Below, piece after piece: positions 24,661-37,402 of a stretch of 48,860 nucleotides of DNA. Source of the DNA: Octopus bimaculoides (Eukaryota); the NCBI RefSeq assembly GCF_001194135.2, contig NC_068981.1:125776047-125824906 (forward strand). Reading direction: 5' to 3'. The position numbers and the translations under genes were made by a program. Numbering within the stretch: position 1 is the first letter of the stretch; each line of letters opens with the position of its first letter. The notes under the pieces are model-generated. The model saw nothing but the letters and a program-made list of their open reading frames with translations. It made no database searches and was not told where the DNA came from.

Positions 24661-25449
24661 ATTTGTCTCAGTAAATACGATTATAGTATAATAATTACAG
24701 TAATAATTGCAGAGACAAAGAATGTAAACAGATGTATACTTATATACAGAGTATTGTCAATACTAACAAGAAGTTTACAGTTGCGTGATATAAAACTATT
24801 TCTGATCATGGTTCCATAGGTTTAAATATAACTTTACTGTCTGGCACGTAATACTAAAATAAGGTGTATGTGATTAGTGTGACTAGTGAAAGAGATAATA
24901 ATGACTTCTCTCTATAGATATCAGTCCTGTTAAAGTTTCTATTATAGACATAATTGGAACACCAATAATCTTTTATACAATGTTTTTTTCCATATACTTT
25001 CTGATCAGGTATTGAACAGATTATATGCTCTGGATCATTGCAGTATCATTAAAGAACTTTACAAAAAGAGTTTGGAAAGAGAAGCAGGAAGAGATGTAAA
25101 GAGAGAGAGAGAGAGAAAAGGCAGGATAGATCTGCTTAGACTGTCACACTTCACCTTGCTTGTTTAATCACCATATGATTTCAGATCAGACAGAGGCATT
25201 ACATTGACTGAATTTGTAAAATTCTCTCAAATGTGTGATTAATTACGTCAATGTGATAATTCTAAGTGATGATTTTGGTCTTCTCAACAACATCCTTAGT
25301 TGATGTCCCACCATATTATATATTTTGGAAGGAAATTATATTAAAAGATATTAATCAGCTACTAAGATTTTTTTTCTTCTCTGAACTCTGACATCTTTAT
25401 TTGGACTAATGTACCACACTTATTTTATCAGTATATTCTAGTAAACAGC

Positions 25450-26520
25450 ATGAAATTTATTGTTTTCTAACAAACCAAATCTAATAAATACTGCATCACA
25501 AAGACTCACTTTCCTCCTTAGAGCCAGAACTATTGACACTTTACAAAGCTCAAGTGACACTCACAATGGGCTACTGTTCCCACAAATGGATGATATTACC
25601 ATTACGCATTCAGACATCCTATATGACAATCAGATGTAGACTACTCAATTGACTGTCTCAGTCCTTGGCTGATTAATGTACTGTCTTCTCTCTGTTTTTC
25701 ATACCACTACTACTGTGGTCTCTGCTCTGTGAAGCTTCTTGGTCTCTCATACCATCTCCATTCAGTTACTCTTTCCTTACTCAACTCTCTTCCTCTCATT
25801 GATGAACTAGCTGTCTCATTAGAAAATCATATTAAACACTTAGGGGTATTTGTTCTGGCTCTATGCATTCTGAGGTCAATTCTGCCTTTCCTCCTTTCAT
25901 GGTCTATGAATCATCATCATCATCATCATCGTTTAACGTCCGCTTTCCATGCTAGCATGGGTTGGACGATTTGACTGAGGACTGGTGCAATCGGATGGCT
26001 ACACCAGGCTCCAATCTAATTTGGCAGAGTTTCTACAGCTGGATGCCCTTCCTAACGCCAACCACTCAGAGAGTGTAGTGGGTGCTTTTACGTGTCACCC
26101 GCACGAAAACGGCCACGCTCAAAATGGTGTCTTTTATGTGCCACCCGCACAAGAGCCAGTCCAGCGGCACTGAATAAATAAATAAAATCCCATTATAGTG
26201 AAGAAGTGTCTTCTATGTGGATCATGGAAACCAAAATCATCACCAAACTCAAAAGAGTTTACATCCATGTTTTAATGAGATAATCAACTTGCACAAAACA
26301 CTCAATGGATAAATATGACAATGATGATCACATTAGTCATATTGTGTTTACTCCTCCAGGGTTTGCACTAGCCCCAATGCTCAGTCTTTCTTCGTTAGAA
26401 TGTTGGCCCTATGGAATTCCTCCCTTTTTATATACTTTGACTTAGAACTGTTTAAAAGAAGCATTAATGGCATTGACCTTGCTGGTCTTGAAGGACCTGC
26501 ACGATCCTTTTCTCTAGACT
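25450..26520 (+). mobile_element. Old CR1/L2-like LINE 3' fragment interrupted by an RTE tail insertion
   Basis: Degenerate TLYKAQV.LTMGYCSH...YYCGLCS before the insertion and FFVRMLALWN...FKRSINGIDL after it. Confidence 0.55.
25908..26172 (-). mobile_element. Young RTE-type LINE 3' UTR/tail insertion
   Basis: Reverse complement of 1-229 with 7 differences in ~220 nt; (CAT)n tail. Confidence 0.8.
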
Positions 26521-29115
26521 AAAACAATAAAAAGTCTATACAGCAATTATGTAGATGATATTTTCTTAAATACTCTCCGTAAAAAGCTTAGGTTTCTCTT
26601 GACTATTTTAAGATTTAAATTGCTTTTTAATAATCCAATATTCGCAATATAAATAACATAATAGTTATAAAAGTATATATATCTAAAAGGGATTTTGTGA
26701 TGTCATCAAGCATAATAAAGGTAATGAAATTAAATCAGCTTTGATTAAATTCCCTAATTGGTTGAAAGGTGAACTTAACAGTAATTTCAGTGATGATATT
26801 TACTTTTCCTTCACTAATGACTTTTAAACATAGCAGTAATGATTATGAAAGTCAATAGCAATGAGAGAAACAATAATATACACAATAACCAGGAATGTTA
26901 GAGTAAAGAATGACTGTGTTGTCCAACCACTACATTACTTGCAATATTAATGTTTATAGTGATGTGTTGAAACTGTTGCATTAATATTATTAGAAGTAAT
27001 CACAGTATTGATAATAAAAGGGACACTATTAGCACAGTTTATAGCCATATAAATATCAATAATATCATTAAGGTGTTATTGGAGTCAGATGAAATGATTA
27101 CATTTTACAAGGAAATGTTTGATAAAATATGCAATGCATCAACATAAAAGATAGATTATCTTTGATGATATATTCTGTACTTGTTGATCAGATAATGCTA
27201 TTTAACAAGAGGTTTTATGCTGTAATCTGGTTGACAATAGAAAATCTAGAGATGGCAAATTATTATTGTTACTGTTTAGCTTCAGACCACTCCTTATTGA
27301 GCAGAATAATGATCAACGGGGGTTTGAGCATTTCCTTTTACAGATATAGTTTGTCTTGGACTACATTATCCAATGTGTTTGTTTTTAAGATACTATGTTG
27401 TAATTTCAGGGAAATCTAATTACTGTTTCTTCCAAGTCAAATAAATACATAGAGACTCTTTCATTGGTGGATATGGATAAATAGATCGTAGAGTCTATGT
27501 TGGAATTGGTGCTTAAAATAAGTTTATTATGTATATTTTGTGAGGATACTTAATTTAGTTTATGGGGAAACTTAAATATAGGTTAAACCAAGTGTTCAAC
27601 AGGATTCTCTTATACATTTAGATGGTCCTCTAAGTTACTTTATATACAGATAATGCTTCTCAAAACTGGATGAACATGGAGAATTGTCTTCATTTGTTGT
27701 CTTTGATTTAATGTCTGTTTTTCATACTGGTTTGAGTTGGACATATTTTGTTTTAGTATATTAATTTTCATTTTAATCTTATATCATCTGTTAGAATCAA
27801 AATCTTTAAATCTAACTTCATCACCTCTTCACATATTATCCTTGGTATTTCTCAACCAGACTGTTAGCATACACAATTCTTATTTTTCCTTTTGTATACA
27901 ATACAATAGCAGTTGACTTTTTGGCAGATGGGGAGATATTGACATGCTTTTAATATTCATTCATTTATGCTTTACTTTTCATACAAGTTTATGTTTCATA
28001 TCTAATAAGCCCTTCTTGCCCCATTTCACCCTACCTTTTCTAGGTCTTCCATATTCAATGGCCTGTATTATTAACTTCTAGCATTGCATTCCTTACACAA
28101 GCATTCAGCCTATCTTTTGCAGAGGGGAGAAAAGCCATTTGTTGCAAAATATCTTGAACTTCCTTTTTTACACTAGCATATTGCACTATTATTAAAACTA
28201 CTTAAATATAATAAATTGTCTGAACAATACAAGGACTTCCTTTCATACTCAGGCACGTAGCCATAGGGGGGGGGGGGTTATAGGGTCCTCAGCACCCCCA
28301 GTTAGAATCTCACCCCCTCCCCCCAGTATAAGAATTTGTTTTATCCCCTTTTGAAATAATACATTGCCACTGCCTTCTTTTTTCTCATAAGCAATATCTC
28401 AAGTCACTAAAGATGCAATAAATTGAATTTCTTTTGATTTAGTAGTTGGTGATATGAAAACGTGGGTAAATTAGAGCTGGTCAAAGTGTTTGTTGTAGCT
28501 GTAATTGTTGTTGTAGAATTGACTGCTGACCCGATCATCAGCTGTAGGTTGAATTAAGGAGTGTCTGACGCTGGGTCAGTTGTTGTTGTGGTGGTGGTGG
28601 TCATGGTGGCGACGGCAGTGGTGGTGCTGGTGATTGTCGTTGTTGCTGTTGAAAAGTATGTGAAGAATTGTTGCTGTAGTTAGAGATTTATGGTAGTAAA
28701 TGCATCACTACACATGTATATATATGAAGAGAGACAGACATTAAAAAGTCATTTTATTTCCAATAGTCAGAGAGGATTATTATTCGCGAAAAAGGAAAGA
28801 AAAGTTTTGAAATTTCCCAAAATATACATTCAGAAAGGATTTTTTCAGGTGAGAACTTTCACTGAATAATTTTTCTTACTCTTTGAACGAAGTTTATACT
28901 GAAATCATTTCGTGTTTAACTAAAAAAACCATAATCTTGAAGAAATTGAAAAAAAAATTACTTGAACCGAAATCTCTTACAAGTTTAATTTTAAAATACT
29001 TAAATTTCAAGAAATTGTTACTCTTACTACGATATTCTACCTTAGAATTAATTATTGCAAATATCAGTGCCCGAAAATAATGAATCACTTCTGAAAAAGA
29101 GAACTGAAGCAATTA

Positions 29116-30135
29116 TTGCTGAATTCCCTATCTGATTCATCTAATAATGTTAAACAGAAGAGAATTGCAAACGAAGTTTTGCAGCTCAAAGGAGGTCTTG
29201 CAAAGTCTTTGACAACCTCATTGGATGATCTAGGACAGGTCGACTGCCAACCAGTGCAGCCAGTTCTAGCAAAGTTTGATCCAAAAATTTATGGAAATCA
29301 GAGATGTGACTTCTCGTCAAGCTGGTATACTGGTCGTCCATGGTTAGAATATTCTCTTTCAAAGAAAGCCTTGTTTTGTTTTGCTTGTCAGCACTTTAAT
29401 ACTTCTGCTCAAGCTGATACTTGTTTTATTAAAAATGGATATTCTAATTGGCATCATGCAAAAGAAAAAAACAAAGGTTTAAATAAGCTCGCAAACTCTG
29501 CATCCCATATCCAAGCTATGGTAACATGGAAGCAGCACCAACAGTGTTTATCCACAACAACCTCTGTGTCTTCAATCTTGCAAAATGATCAGTTGAGCAA
29601 AAACCGTTATTATATCAGTTCCATTGTTGATATTGTTCATTTTCTTTGTGCAAACAAATTGCCTTTTTGAGGAAACAAAAATGAAGCTTTCAGGATCTTT
29701 ATTCGGAAGATGACATGCAGCCTTGTGGTCTTTTTATGAAGTTATTCCAGTACACATTAGAGAAAGACTCAAAGCTAATGGAATGTTACAGCACAATTCC
29801 AAAAAATGCGTTCTACACCTCAGCAGCAATGCAAAATGAAATCATCGAATTGTTGAGAAGACACACTGTCAGCCTCGTGGTTGATGAAATAAAATGTTCC
29901 GATGTTCCTTATTTTACGCTGAAATGTGACGGAATGCGTGATTTGAGTAATACTGAAAATCTTGCAATTGTTATTAGGTACTTGAAAAACAGCAAAGTTC
30001 TGGAAAAGTTAGTTGCGATGCCAACTACTCAACATTATAATGCTGAAACATTGGCCGACTTGAAAATTAAGGAATTAACCAACCTTTGCATTGACCCAAA
30101 GCATATGTTGTCACAATGCTATGATGTTTCCTTTA
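29116..30135 (+). pseudogene. hAT transposase N-terminal half (TTF-type zinc finger plus DUF4371-like region)
   Basis: FSSSWYTGRPWLEYSLSKKALFCFACQHF...GYSNW; LPF*G; YTSAAMQNEII; YFTLKCDGMRDLSNTENLAIVIRY; truncated at SQCYD. Confidence 0.9.
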
Positions 30136-30199
30136 CTGCTTATTTGAAATTATATAAAAATAATGTTTAAAGATTTGGCTGTTATCTCTAGCATGTAGA

Positions 30200-30345
30200 A
30201 AGACCTTTTAGGCTTAACTATGTGCTTGTTGAAAATCATTAAAAAAAATATTGGAGTCGATACATTCTACTAAAAATTCTTCGAGGTGATGCCCCAGTAT
30301 GGCCTCAGGTCTAATGATTGCAACAAGTAAAATGAAAATAAAAAC
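30200..30345 (+). mobile_element. SINE 3' fragment nested in the hAT
   Basis: GGTGATGCCCCAGTATGGCC..TCTAATGATTGCAACAAGTAAAATGAAA matches the shared SINE tail. Confidence 0.6.
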
Positions 30346-30859
30346 GAGATACATCAGAAGTTTTGACCAGGCTAGGCATCAAGAAATGTGAAAAAAAAAA
30401 ACCTGCAAAAATAACCGAAAAATATAAGCATGGGGATTTTGTCCACTTTCACACTTTAAGTAGGGGCTATCAAGATAGCACCCCCACTTGCAATCGGCTG
30501 GCTACATGGCTGTTCATACTGCTAATTATACCTTCACATCTCACAAATTTGAAGTCCTGATTCCTGTCAGAGCACTAGAACAATCTACTCCAAGTTGATA
30601 TAAATAGATAGAGAGACAACAATTGTAAAATATAAACAAAACATTAAAACAAAATCCAGGAGGCAATTCTTCAGTTATGAAAATAAACAAGAGCTTAAGT
30701 ATTAATCAACTGCAGAAGTCTTTGTAACCTAACATTATCCAGGATGCAGTTATTACTTTGTATATGAGTAGATGGTAGGGGAGCACTATTTTATATATCA
30801 TTAAATTTTTTGACTCGTCTTCAGCTACATGGTTTTGTAACTTAATGTCAACTGACAAT

Positions 30860-31032
30860 GAGAAAAAGCACTCAGTCTACTCTATGGGGTGGTTGGTGTT
30901 AGGAAGGGCATCCAGCCATAAATTCATGCCAAAACAGACACTGTAGCCTGGTGTAGTCTTCTACCAGGCCAGCTCCTGTCAAACTGTCCAACCCATGCCA
31001 GCATGGAAGATGGACGTTAAATGATGATGATA
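30860..31032 (+). mobile_element. Older RTE-type 3' tail
   Basis: TTAGGAAGGGCATCCAGC...CCATGCCAGCATGGAAGATGGACGTTAAATGATGATGAT. Confidence 0.75.
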
Positions 31033-31583
31033 ATATGTTAACATAAAATTTTTATCTAGAGCAGCATTAATCTAATGGTTAATGATTTTAAATGCATTAC
31101 TACTAGCAGTTTAGAATATTAACTGTATTGAAAACATAATCAGTCTGAACTTTAAGAGAAAAATTTGCAAATGATTTCTCTTCATACAAAAACTAGGCTT
31201 AGAGACATTAAATTATTGTGAGACACTATTCACATGTTAATCGATAGTTAAGTAAGTGAAAGAACAGTTAGAACATTGACAAACCAAAGTAAAATAAAAA
31301 TATTTATTGAAGACTAACCTTACTTAGGCTTTTTAATATTCAAACTAGTTATTTTGTGCTTTCTTTCACTTAATTGTAAAATGTTATATAGATGACCTCT
31401 GAGAATAATTACATTTTCACAAATTTACTTAATCTAACTACCAAGCTTATATTTATGTGCATTTACTAAGCAGTTTGGTCATTAATACTTCAACAGATGA
31501 TATGGCAATATATTACAAATAAATGATAGCTTACTTAGATGCATGATGTGAATAAATAAAACATCTATAAAGACATTTCAGAG

Positions 31584-32986
31584 TTACTTCAGCTATCTAA
31601 TCATTGATACATGATTTTTAGACTAAAAAAAAAAAAAGAAAAAAAAAAGAGAGAATGAAAACTATGCAAACAGGTTAGAGTACTGTTTTTGTGCAAACAC
31701 TACCCACATGTATCTGGAATTGATGATACAAATATTCTAGATCACATTAAAACCTGGTAGGCTCACAGTTACTCATCAATTTATGCTATTGTTATTGGAC
31801 TCCTGATATACTGTCTCCTCTCCTGCCTCTTTTATTACTTGAACTGTGGTGGTCTCTTCTCTCTGAAATCACTGAACCTGTTCAAACTCATATGATGCAA
31901 TTACTTCTTCTCTTCTCATCATCCCTACACCACCCAAACCCTAACATAAGTATTTGCATAACTCTTTTTGCTGCCTAGAACCCCTTTGTGGATGTTTCAT
32001 CTGAAAACGTTGATCTGCAGAATTTCTGGTTAAGCATCAATTACACATGTCTTGAAGAGTTCATAAAGTCTATAGGCATACTGCTCCACTCCCTCTTCAG
32101 ACTAAACAGTAAAAGATACAGGGTTGACTGTACATAATCAAGTATGAGTTGATGTTAGTTCAAAAGGACTTGAAGATTTCTGTGAAAAAAGGTTTGCCAT
32201 CTTTGACCAAGCAAAATCACTGCTTTGAATTCTCTCAATCAGTTATCATATTAGACCACAGCTATCAGAATACATATGCAAATATAAAAGGTCTTGTTCA
32301 TCTATGTATTAAATTTAATTTACATGAGTTTGGGGATTGGTAAGAAAGGAATCTATAACCTGAATGCTTCATTAATTAAACAAATATTTGTAAATGTAAG
32401 ACAATTCTGTGTTTGTACAGTTTGAATATATCTATATTTTATGTAAGCAAACACAAAACACATATGGAAACTGTATTTACATATACTTAAGATATAGAAT
32501 GCAGTTTGGTCTCCTATTACAATATAGAGTGATAGATATTTCTGGGAGAGGAAAAGTTGCAAGAGAAATAACTGGTTAAGATTACCCACTCTCCATTGTA
32601 TTTATTCTAAGTTTTTTGTGAAGATATCATATTCTGTTGAGAGCTGAAGAATCTGGATATGAATGGCTGATCTGCGAGAGCAGCTGATGTCATACATAAG
32701 GGAAATAAAAGAAGACAGGTATCTGTTCCATACTAAGTGAGACCTTATAATATTGTTTACTAAGTTTCTGACTACATCTACAAACATTATCCAAGAACAA
32801 CTGTGGAGTTTTTTGTAAGGAGGCTGGAAGTGTGTTGGAATTCAATATTATAAAAATCAAAACATTGCAGCATTCTAATAAAAACAGTACTCTAACCTGT
32901 TTGCATAGTTTTCATTCTCTCTTTTTTTTTTCTTTTTTTTTTTTTAGTCTAAAAATCATGTATCAATGATTAGATAGCTGAAGTAA
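31584..32986. repeat. Perfect 107-bp inverted repeat (31584-31690 / 32880-32986) with 1189-bp spacer
   Basis: Arms are exact reverse complements, including the A13-G-A10 homopolymer block. Confidence 0.95.
31700..32050 (+). mobile_element. Decayed CR1/L2-like LINE 3' fragment
   Basis: Weak similarity to the 12900 and 25450 relics. Confidence 0.4.
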
Positions 32987-34547
32987 ATCAAAAGTTAAAT
33001 TAGCAATCTCAGTTTCAGTTATTTGTAGTAACCATTTCCTTTTGCTTACATTGCTATGCCTTTTAAAAGGAGGTGAATAACTTAGAGTCTCAGTTTATTC
33101 CATTATAAATTTGCATTAATGTAATGAATTCAGTTCATTAATGTAATGAATCAATATTCAGTTTGTTTTTATTAAAATATGGTATGAATAAACAAAAGAA
33201 TCAGTATGCTTAAAAATGTATAGTCTTGATATTGCGAGAAATATTAACATTTGTCAACTGGCGTTCATATTATAAAGCAGCTAAGTAGCATATATTTGGT
33301 AATTATTAGGTGCAGTGAAAAACCTCATTAAATTATACCCCATTAAGCTAAACATCAGAGAAGTCTAAGTTAAGAGAGAAACAGTCAGTTTTGATATCTG
33401 CCATCATTTTTGGATATCAGTCTTGTAGCAGTGTATATTCTAGATGAGTGCTGCATATCCATTAAAAATAGTAAAGTCATCATAAATATCATTCAATAAT
33501 ATGATCATAGGTCATGATGGAAAGCTAAATTTTTGGGCCACTTATATGAAATATTATACAAGTTGTCCTGAGGTAGCACTTTACACTTAACAGCTTGTTG
33601 CATTATATGTATGCGGCATATGGTAGGTTAATAGGAGAGTAGTAAAAATAAGGACTGATGATGAATGACATTTCACTAGTACGTATCCAGTTTTTTTTAA
33701 AAATATTTTCTTTTACGTCCTCTCTAATATTCTATATTCAGCCTATTACATACATATGACTTACTCTTTCTTATTTGCTTTCACACTCCTGTCTAATAAA
33801 GTTTACCTTATTATAATAAAATGTATGTAGAGATTTGTTGAAAGTTTAAATGGAAATAATTTTTAAATAATGAGTCTATTCTTGCAGCATCATAATAAAT
33901 TTTGGCTATAATTTGTTTTTATATCTAATAAGGCTCACTTGAAAACAAAAACTAAGTCAGCTCAAACTAACCTAATGTTTGTATGTTTATTTTTTAGTAT
34001 TACTTAAACAGGGCATCAAGAATTTCAAGATAGTGATGGATGGTCATAGTGATTTGGAAATTACCATAGAATAGGTAATAAACTTACTCCTGATGAAACA
34101 GATAGCATGCTAACCAAGGAAATTAAACAATTCAGAAAGAATTTTAACTAATTTAATGGACCCTAATTTCTGAAGTGTATAATGTGATTAAAACTGAGTT
34201 GTATTGACAATAAGTTCTCTGGAATATTCAAGCTTTTCAGAATGAAGTCTGAACCATCTGGTTCTAAATGAAGTAAGGAATGTTTTTTTAGTGTTGTATT
34301 GCACAAATGCAGATGATATGCATCTTTTAAAGTTAGTGAAGGTGAGAGATCATTATGTTCACAAGATGTGAAAGATGTAATATATGAGTCAGCAGTGCAT
34401 TGTTATCTTTTCAAGCTGTGGTTCAACAGTCATATCTAATGTCTGGTCCTTCTCACCTTTCATTTCTACAATACATAAATACTAGGAAGATGCCCTCAAA
34501 CTTCGTTCTGATAGGGATGAAGCTGCTTTAAGTATTGGACGCCATAC

Positions 34548-34638
34548 CTGCTCACTTGGATGATCAATAATGATGGGAAAGGTAATTCTAGGTGGTATAT
34601 TCTTGCCATCTAGAATTACTTCCACAATTCCAGCCTCT
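34548..34638 (-). CDS. Candidate exon (EAGIVEVILDGKNIPPRITFPIIIDHPSEQ) or transposase relic
   Basis: tttaatag acceptor, CAG|gtatgg donor, single open frame. DGxxIPPxIxF also resembles the pogo DGxKLPPxIIF motif. Confidence 0.3.
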
Positions 34639-34829
34639 CTATTAAAGCATAATTGTAGCTTGTAACAGATTATATCAACAAAGATTTTTGAATGAAGTCG
34701 TTGATAGAAGAGCATAAGTTTAAAGAAGACACATGAGAGTGAAACACTCACAGTTCCCCTAAGAACTGCAATCTCAAGTCTGCAATATTCAGTTCAGCAG
34801 CTTCATAGAAGGTTAAGGAAAACTTCTGT

Positions 34830-34960
34830 ACAATGGATGTAAATTACTATTCTGAAAGATTCTGAGTAAGGAATTTTCATTAATTACTTAAGAGGGCAGC
34901 AAATGAAAGAGGTGTTGGAGAAGACAACATCAGAAACTGGCTAGAAATACAGAGGGTTAC
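34830..34960 (+). mobile_element. pogo-like N-terminal HTH relic
   Basis: KRAANERGVGEDNIRNWL resembles the RAAARxFGVxEKNIRxW helix-turn-helix; stops present. Confidence 0.35.
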
Positions 34961-35309
34961 CCTGATGTTAACAGAAGAAGAAATTGCAGATTAAGTTCTC
35001 ACTGGAGACAGCTGAGACAGTGAGGACAATGAAGATGATAAATCATTGCCAAAGAAACTCAAATGCTTTGTTATATGAGAATCTTTAATAGCATTGTTTT
35101 GTATTTGTCATCAGAAACTGATCTTCAGTAATATTATCAATACTTTAGAGCTTTAAGGACATTTTTTGTCTAGAAGCAGGATCAGCAATATATGCAACTG
35201 AAATACTCATCTTCAAACCAATTCATCCTAATGATACCAATAACCCTCCTACTATTGACTCAATCCTTCCCCAGCCACCTGATTTCTACAAACAGAAGGC
35301 AAAGATTAG

Positions 35310-35427
35310 TGACTCATCATAGTTCTAATAACTCATAATAGCTGTCTCATCTTAGTTCTAATAACTCATGACTGACTCATCTCAGTTCTAATAACTCATT
35401 ATGACTGACTTATCTTAGTTCTAACTC
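35310..35427. repeat. Minisatellite, ~4 copies of a ~29-33-bp unit (CTGACTCATCTTAGTTCTAATAACTCAT..)
   Basis: Directly visible tandem units. Confidence 0.85.
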
Positions 35428-35539
35428 CAACCTCCACCTTATAAAGATCATCTGTCATTTGCCACAAGTAAATGTAATAAACTATCTACAATATTAATAA
35501 TTTATATATTATGTAACATTAAATAATTTTATAAAACTC

Positions 35540-35587
35540 AAAGCCTTGTGAGTGGATTTGGTAGGCAGAAACTGAAAGAAGCTTGTC

Positions 35588-35625
<38 letters not shown>

Positions 35626-35860
35626 ATCTGTGTGTGTATTTCTTTGTGTCTACATTTGTCCCCACCACCACTACGACTTGAAAACCGGTGTATTTATGTC
35701 TCCATAACTTAGTAGTTTGAGACCAATAGAGAGACCGATAGAATAAGTATCAGGCTTTAAAAAAATAGTACTAGAGTAAATTCATTTGACTGAAAATTCC
35801 TCAAGGTGGTGCCCCAGCATGGCCATAGTCTAATGACTAAAACAAGTAAAAGATAAAAGA
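35540..35860 (+). mobile_element. 5'-truncated SINE with internal microsatellite
   Basis: Body and tail AAGGTGGTGCCCCAGCATGGCC...AATGACTAAAACAAGTAAAAGATAAAAG. Confidence 0.8.
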
Positions 35861-36506
35861 TATATTTATATGTTTTTTATGGTTACATGAAGTTTGGAGT
35901 ATTTTGTTTTATTCTGTAAATGTTTATCTTGTTCAGTGGGCAGTACATACTCATCCAGTATTGTATACATATACAATATTAGCCCCTGCCATTGATTTGG
36001 CTGACAATCAGATAAAACGGACATTTTTGCCTCCATTTATACACTTTAGTAAAGGCTCACTGTGCTGTCTGTCAAGATGATTAACTTTAGCAGAACTGAA
36101 CAATGGCTAGTATGTTAAAAAACTGAAGCTGTTCAAATATCTATGCCATTTTACCAAGAACCTAAAATATATACAGAGGATTTCTTTTGTAACAAGATTA
36201 TAGATATAATAAATACAACTTTATATACTGAATTTGTTTAATATTTAGTCTGTGTTTGTCCGAATTTTATCAATTTCCAGCATATTTACACATTTCAAAA
36301 CTTTGTTAACTTTAGAAGCTAGTTTTCTTTTCATAAATATATTATGTCAAACATGAAATACCTTTTCAGTAGAAGCCATATCTCAAACTTAGCTCATTTT
36401 GATACGCTGCAATTAAATATTTTAAAATTACCCAGAGTTCATTGACCTCTTAATATTTAGAACACATTGGTTAATTTCCTAAATAATTTCTCTCTCTTGT
36501 CTACAG

Positions 36507-36545
36507 CATTGAAACTGGAAATTTTGAATTTATGGAAAATGATCG
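36507..36545 (+). CDS. Candidate 39-nt phase-2 exon (IETGNFEFMENDR)
   Basis: Strong acceptor tttctctctcttgtctacag, donor CG|gtatgg, frame-preserving length. Confidence 0.25.
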
Positions 36546-37353
36546 GTATGGTTATTATTCAGGTTTTGTGCCCCAATTGATGTGTTTCTAAAACCAGAAT
36601 ATAATAAGCATTTTCCACTATCTCCTTACATTTGCTGCAGTGAACTTTTTCAAAATCCTATATTTTTAATATGTTGAAATGAGTACTTGTTTGAAATACC
36701 CTAAAGATAATGGTAAAAAGTTACTTTTTCTGTTTTTTTTTTTGTTTTTTTATTTTTCCAGAAATAATTTGAGATATGAAAAAACACTGTTAAACATACA
36801 ATTTATTTGGTTGATATTTAAACTGTTAAAAATATGTTAATCACATAATCAATGAAATGACAAATCTAATTGTATAACAATAAAAAATAACTAAATAGAT
36901 TAAGCCTAACATTTATTGACATCAAAGCATGTAACTTCAAGATATCCTTTGTTTTTTCTCTACTACTTGAAACAGATGAAAGCCTAACCAGCTATGTAAT
37001 GTTTGTATGACAGAAGTAATTTCCTTTTGCATTTGATCTGGTTGCTGTTACATAAACAATTTTCTGTAACCCTAACTATTTTTATTGAATGAATGGTTTC
37101 ATTGCCTGAAATATTAATTCAAACTGTGTTAATGTCAAATATTTGAGAGAACATTTCCTCCAATGTCTATTTTTTTCATATTTGAATATTTTTTCAAACT
37201 AATAATGCTTAGCTTATAATATAGTAGTAAAAATAGGAATATAGTTTTTGTATCTCTTAGGCTTTTATTTATCATTTATTTGTCCAAGACCTTAGAAATC
37301 AAATTTGAAAGAAAACTTTGAAGAGAATATTAACGTATACATGAGTGTGTATG

Positions 37354-37402
<49 letters not shown>

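Larger units (their letters stand above)
28250..30512 (+). mobile_element. hAT DNA transposon, internally deleted, 2263 bp
   Basis: TIRs CAGGCACGTAGCCA / reverse complement CAGCCATGTAGCCA; exact 8-bp TSD TTCATACT at 28242-28249 and 30513-30520. Confidence 0.93.

Noticed and set aside
28126-28140. GEKPF, a C2H2 linker-like peptide
   Set aside because: No Cys/His finger follows, and the frame stops shortly after.
32663-32718. MADLREQLMSYIREIKEDR followed by a donor-like site
   Set aside because: An in-frame TGA lies immediately upstream and no usable acceptor was found.
34012-34074. Plus-strand exon candidate with strong splice signals (GIKNFKIVMDGHSDLEITIE*)
   Set aside because: All three frames contain or end in a stop before the donor.
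35310-35427. CRISPR-like array
   Set aside because: Head-to-tail tandem units without unique spacers, in a eukaryotic context.
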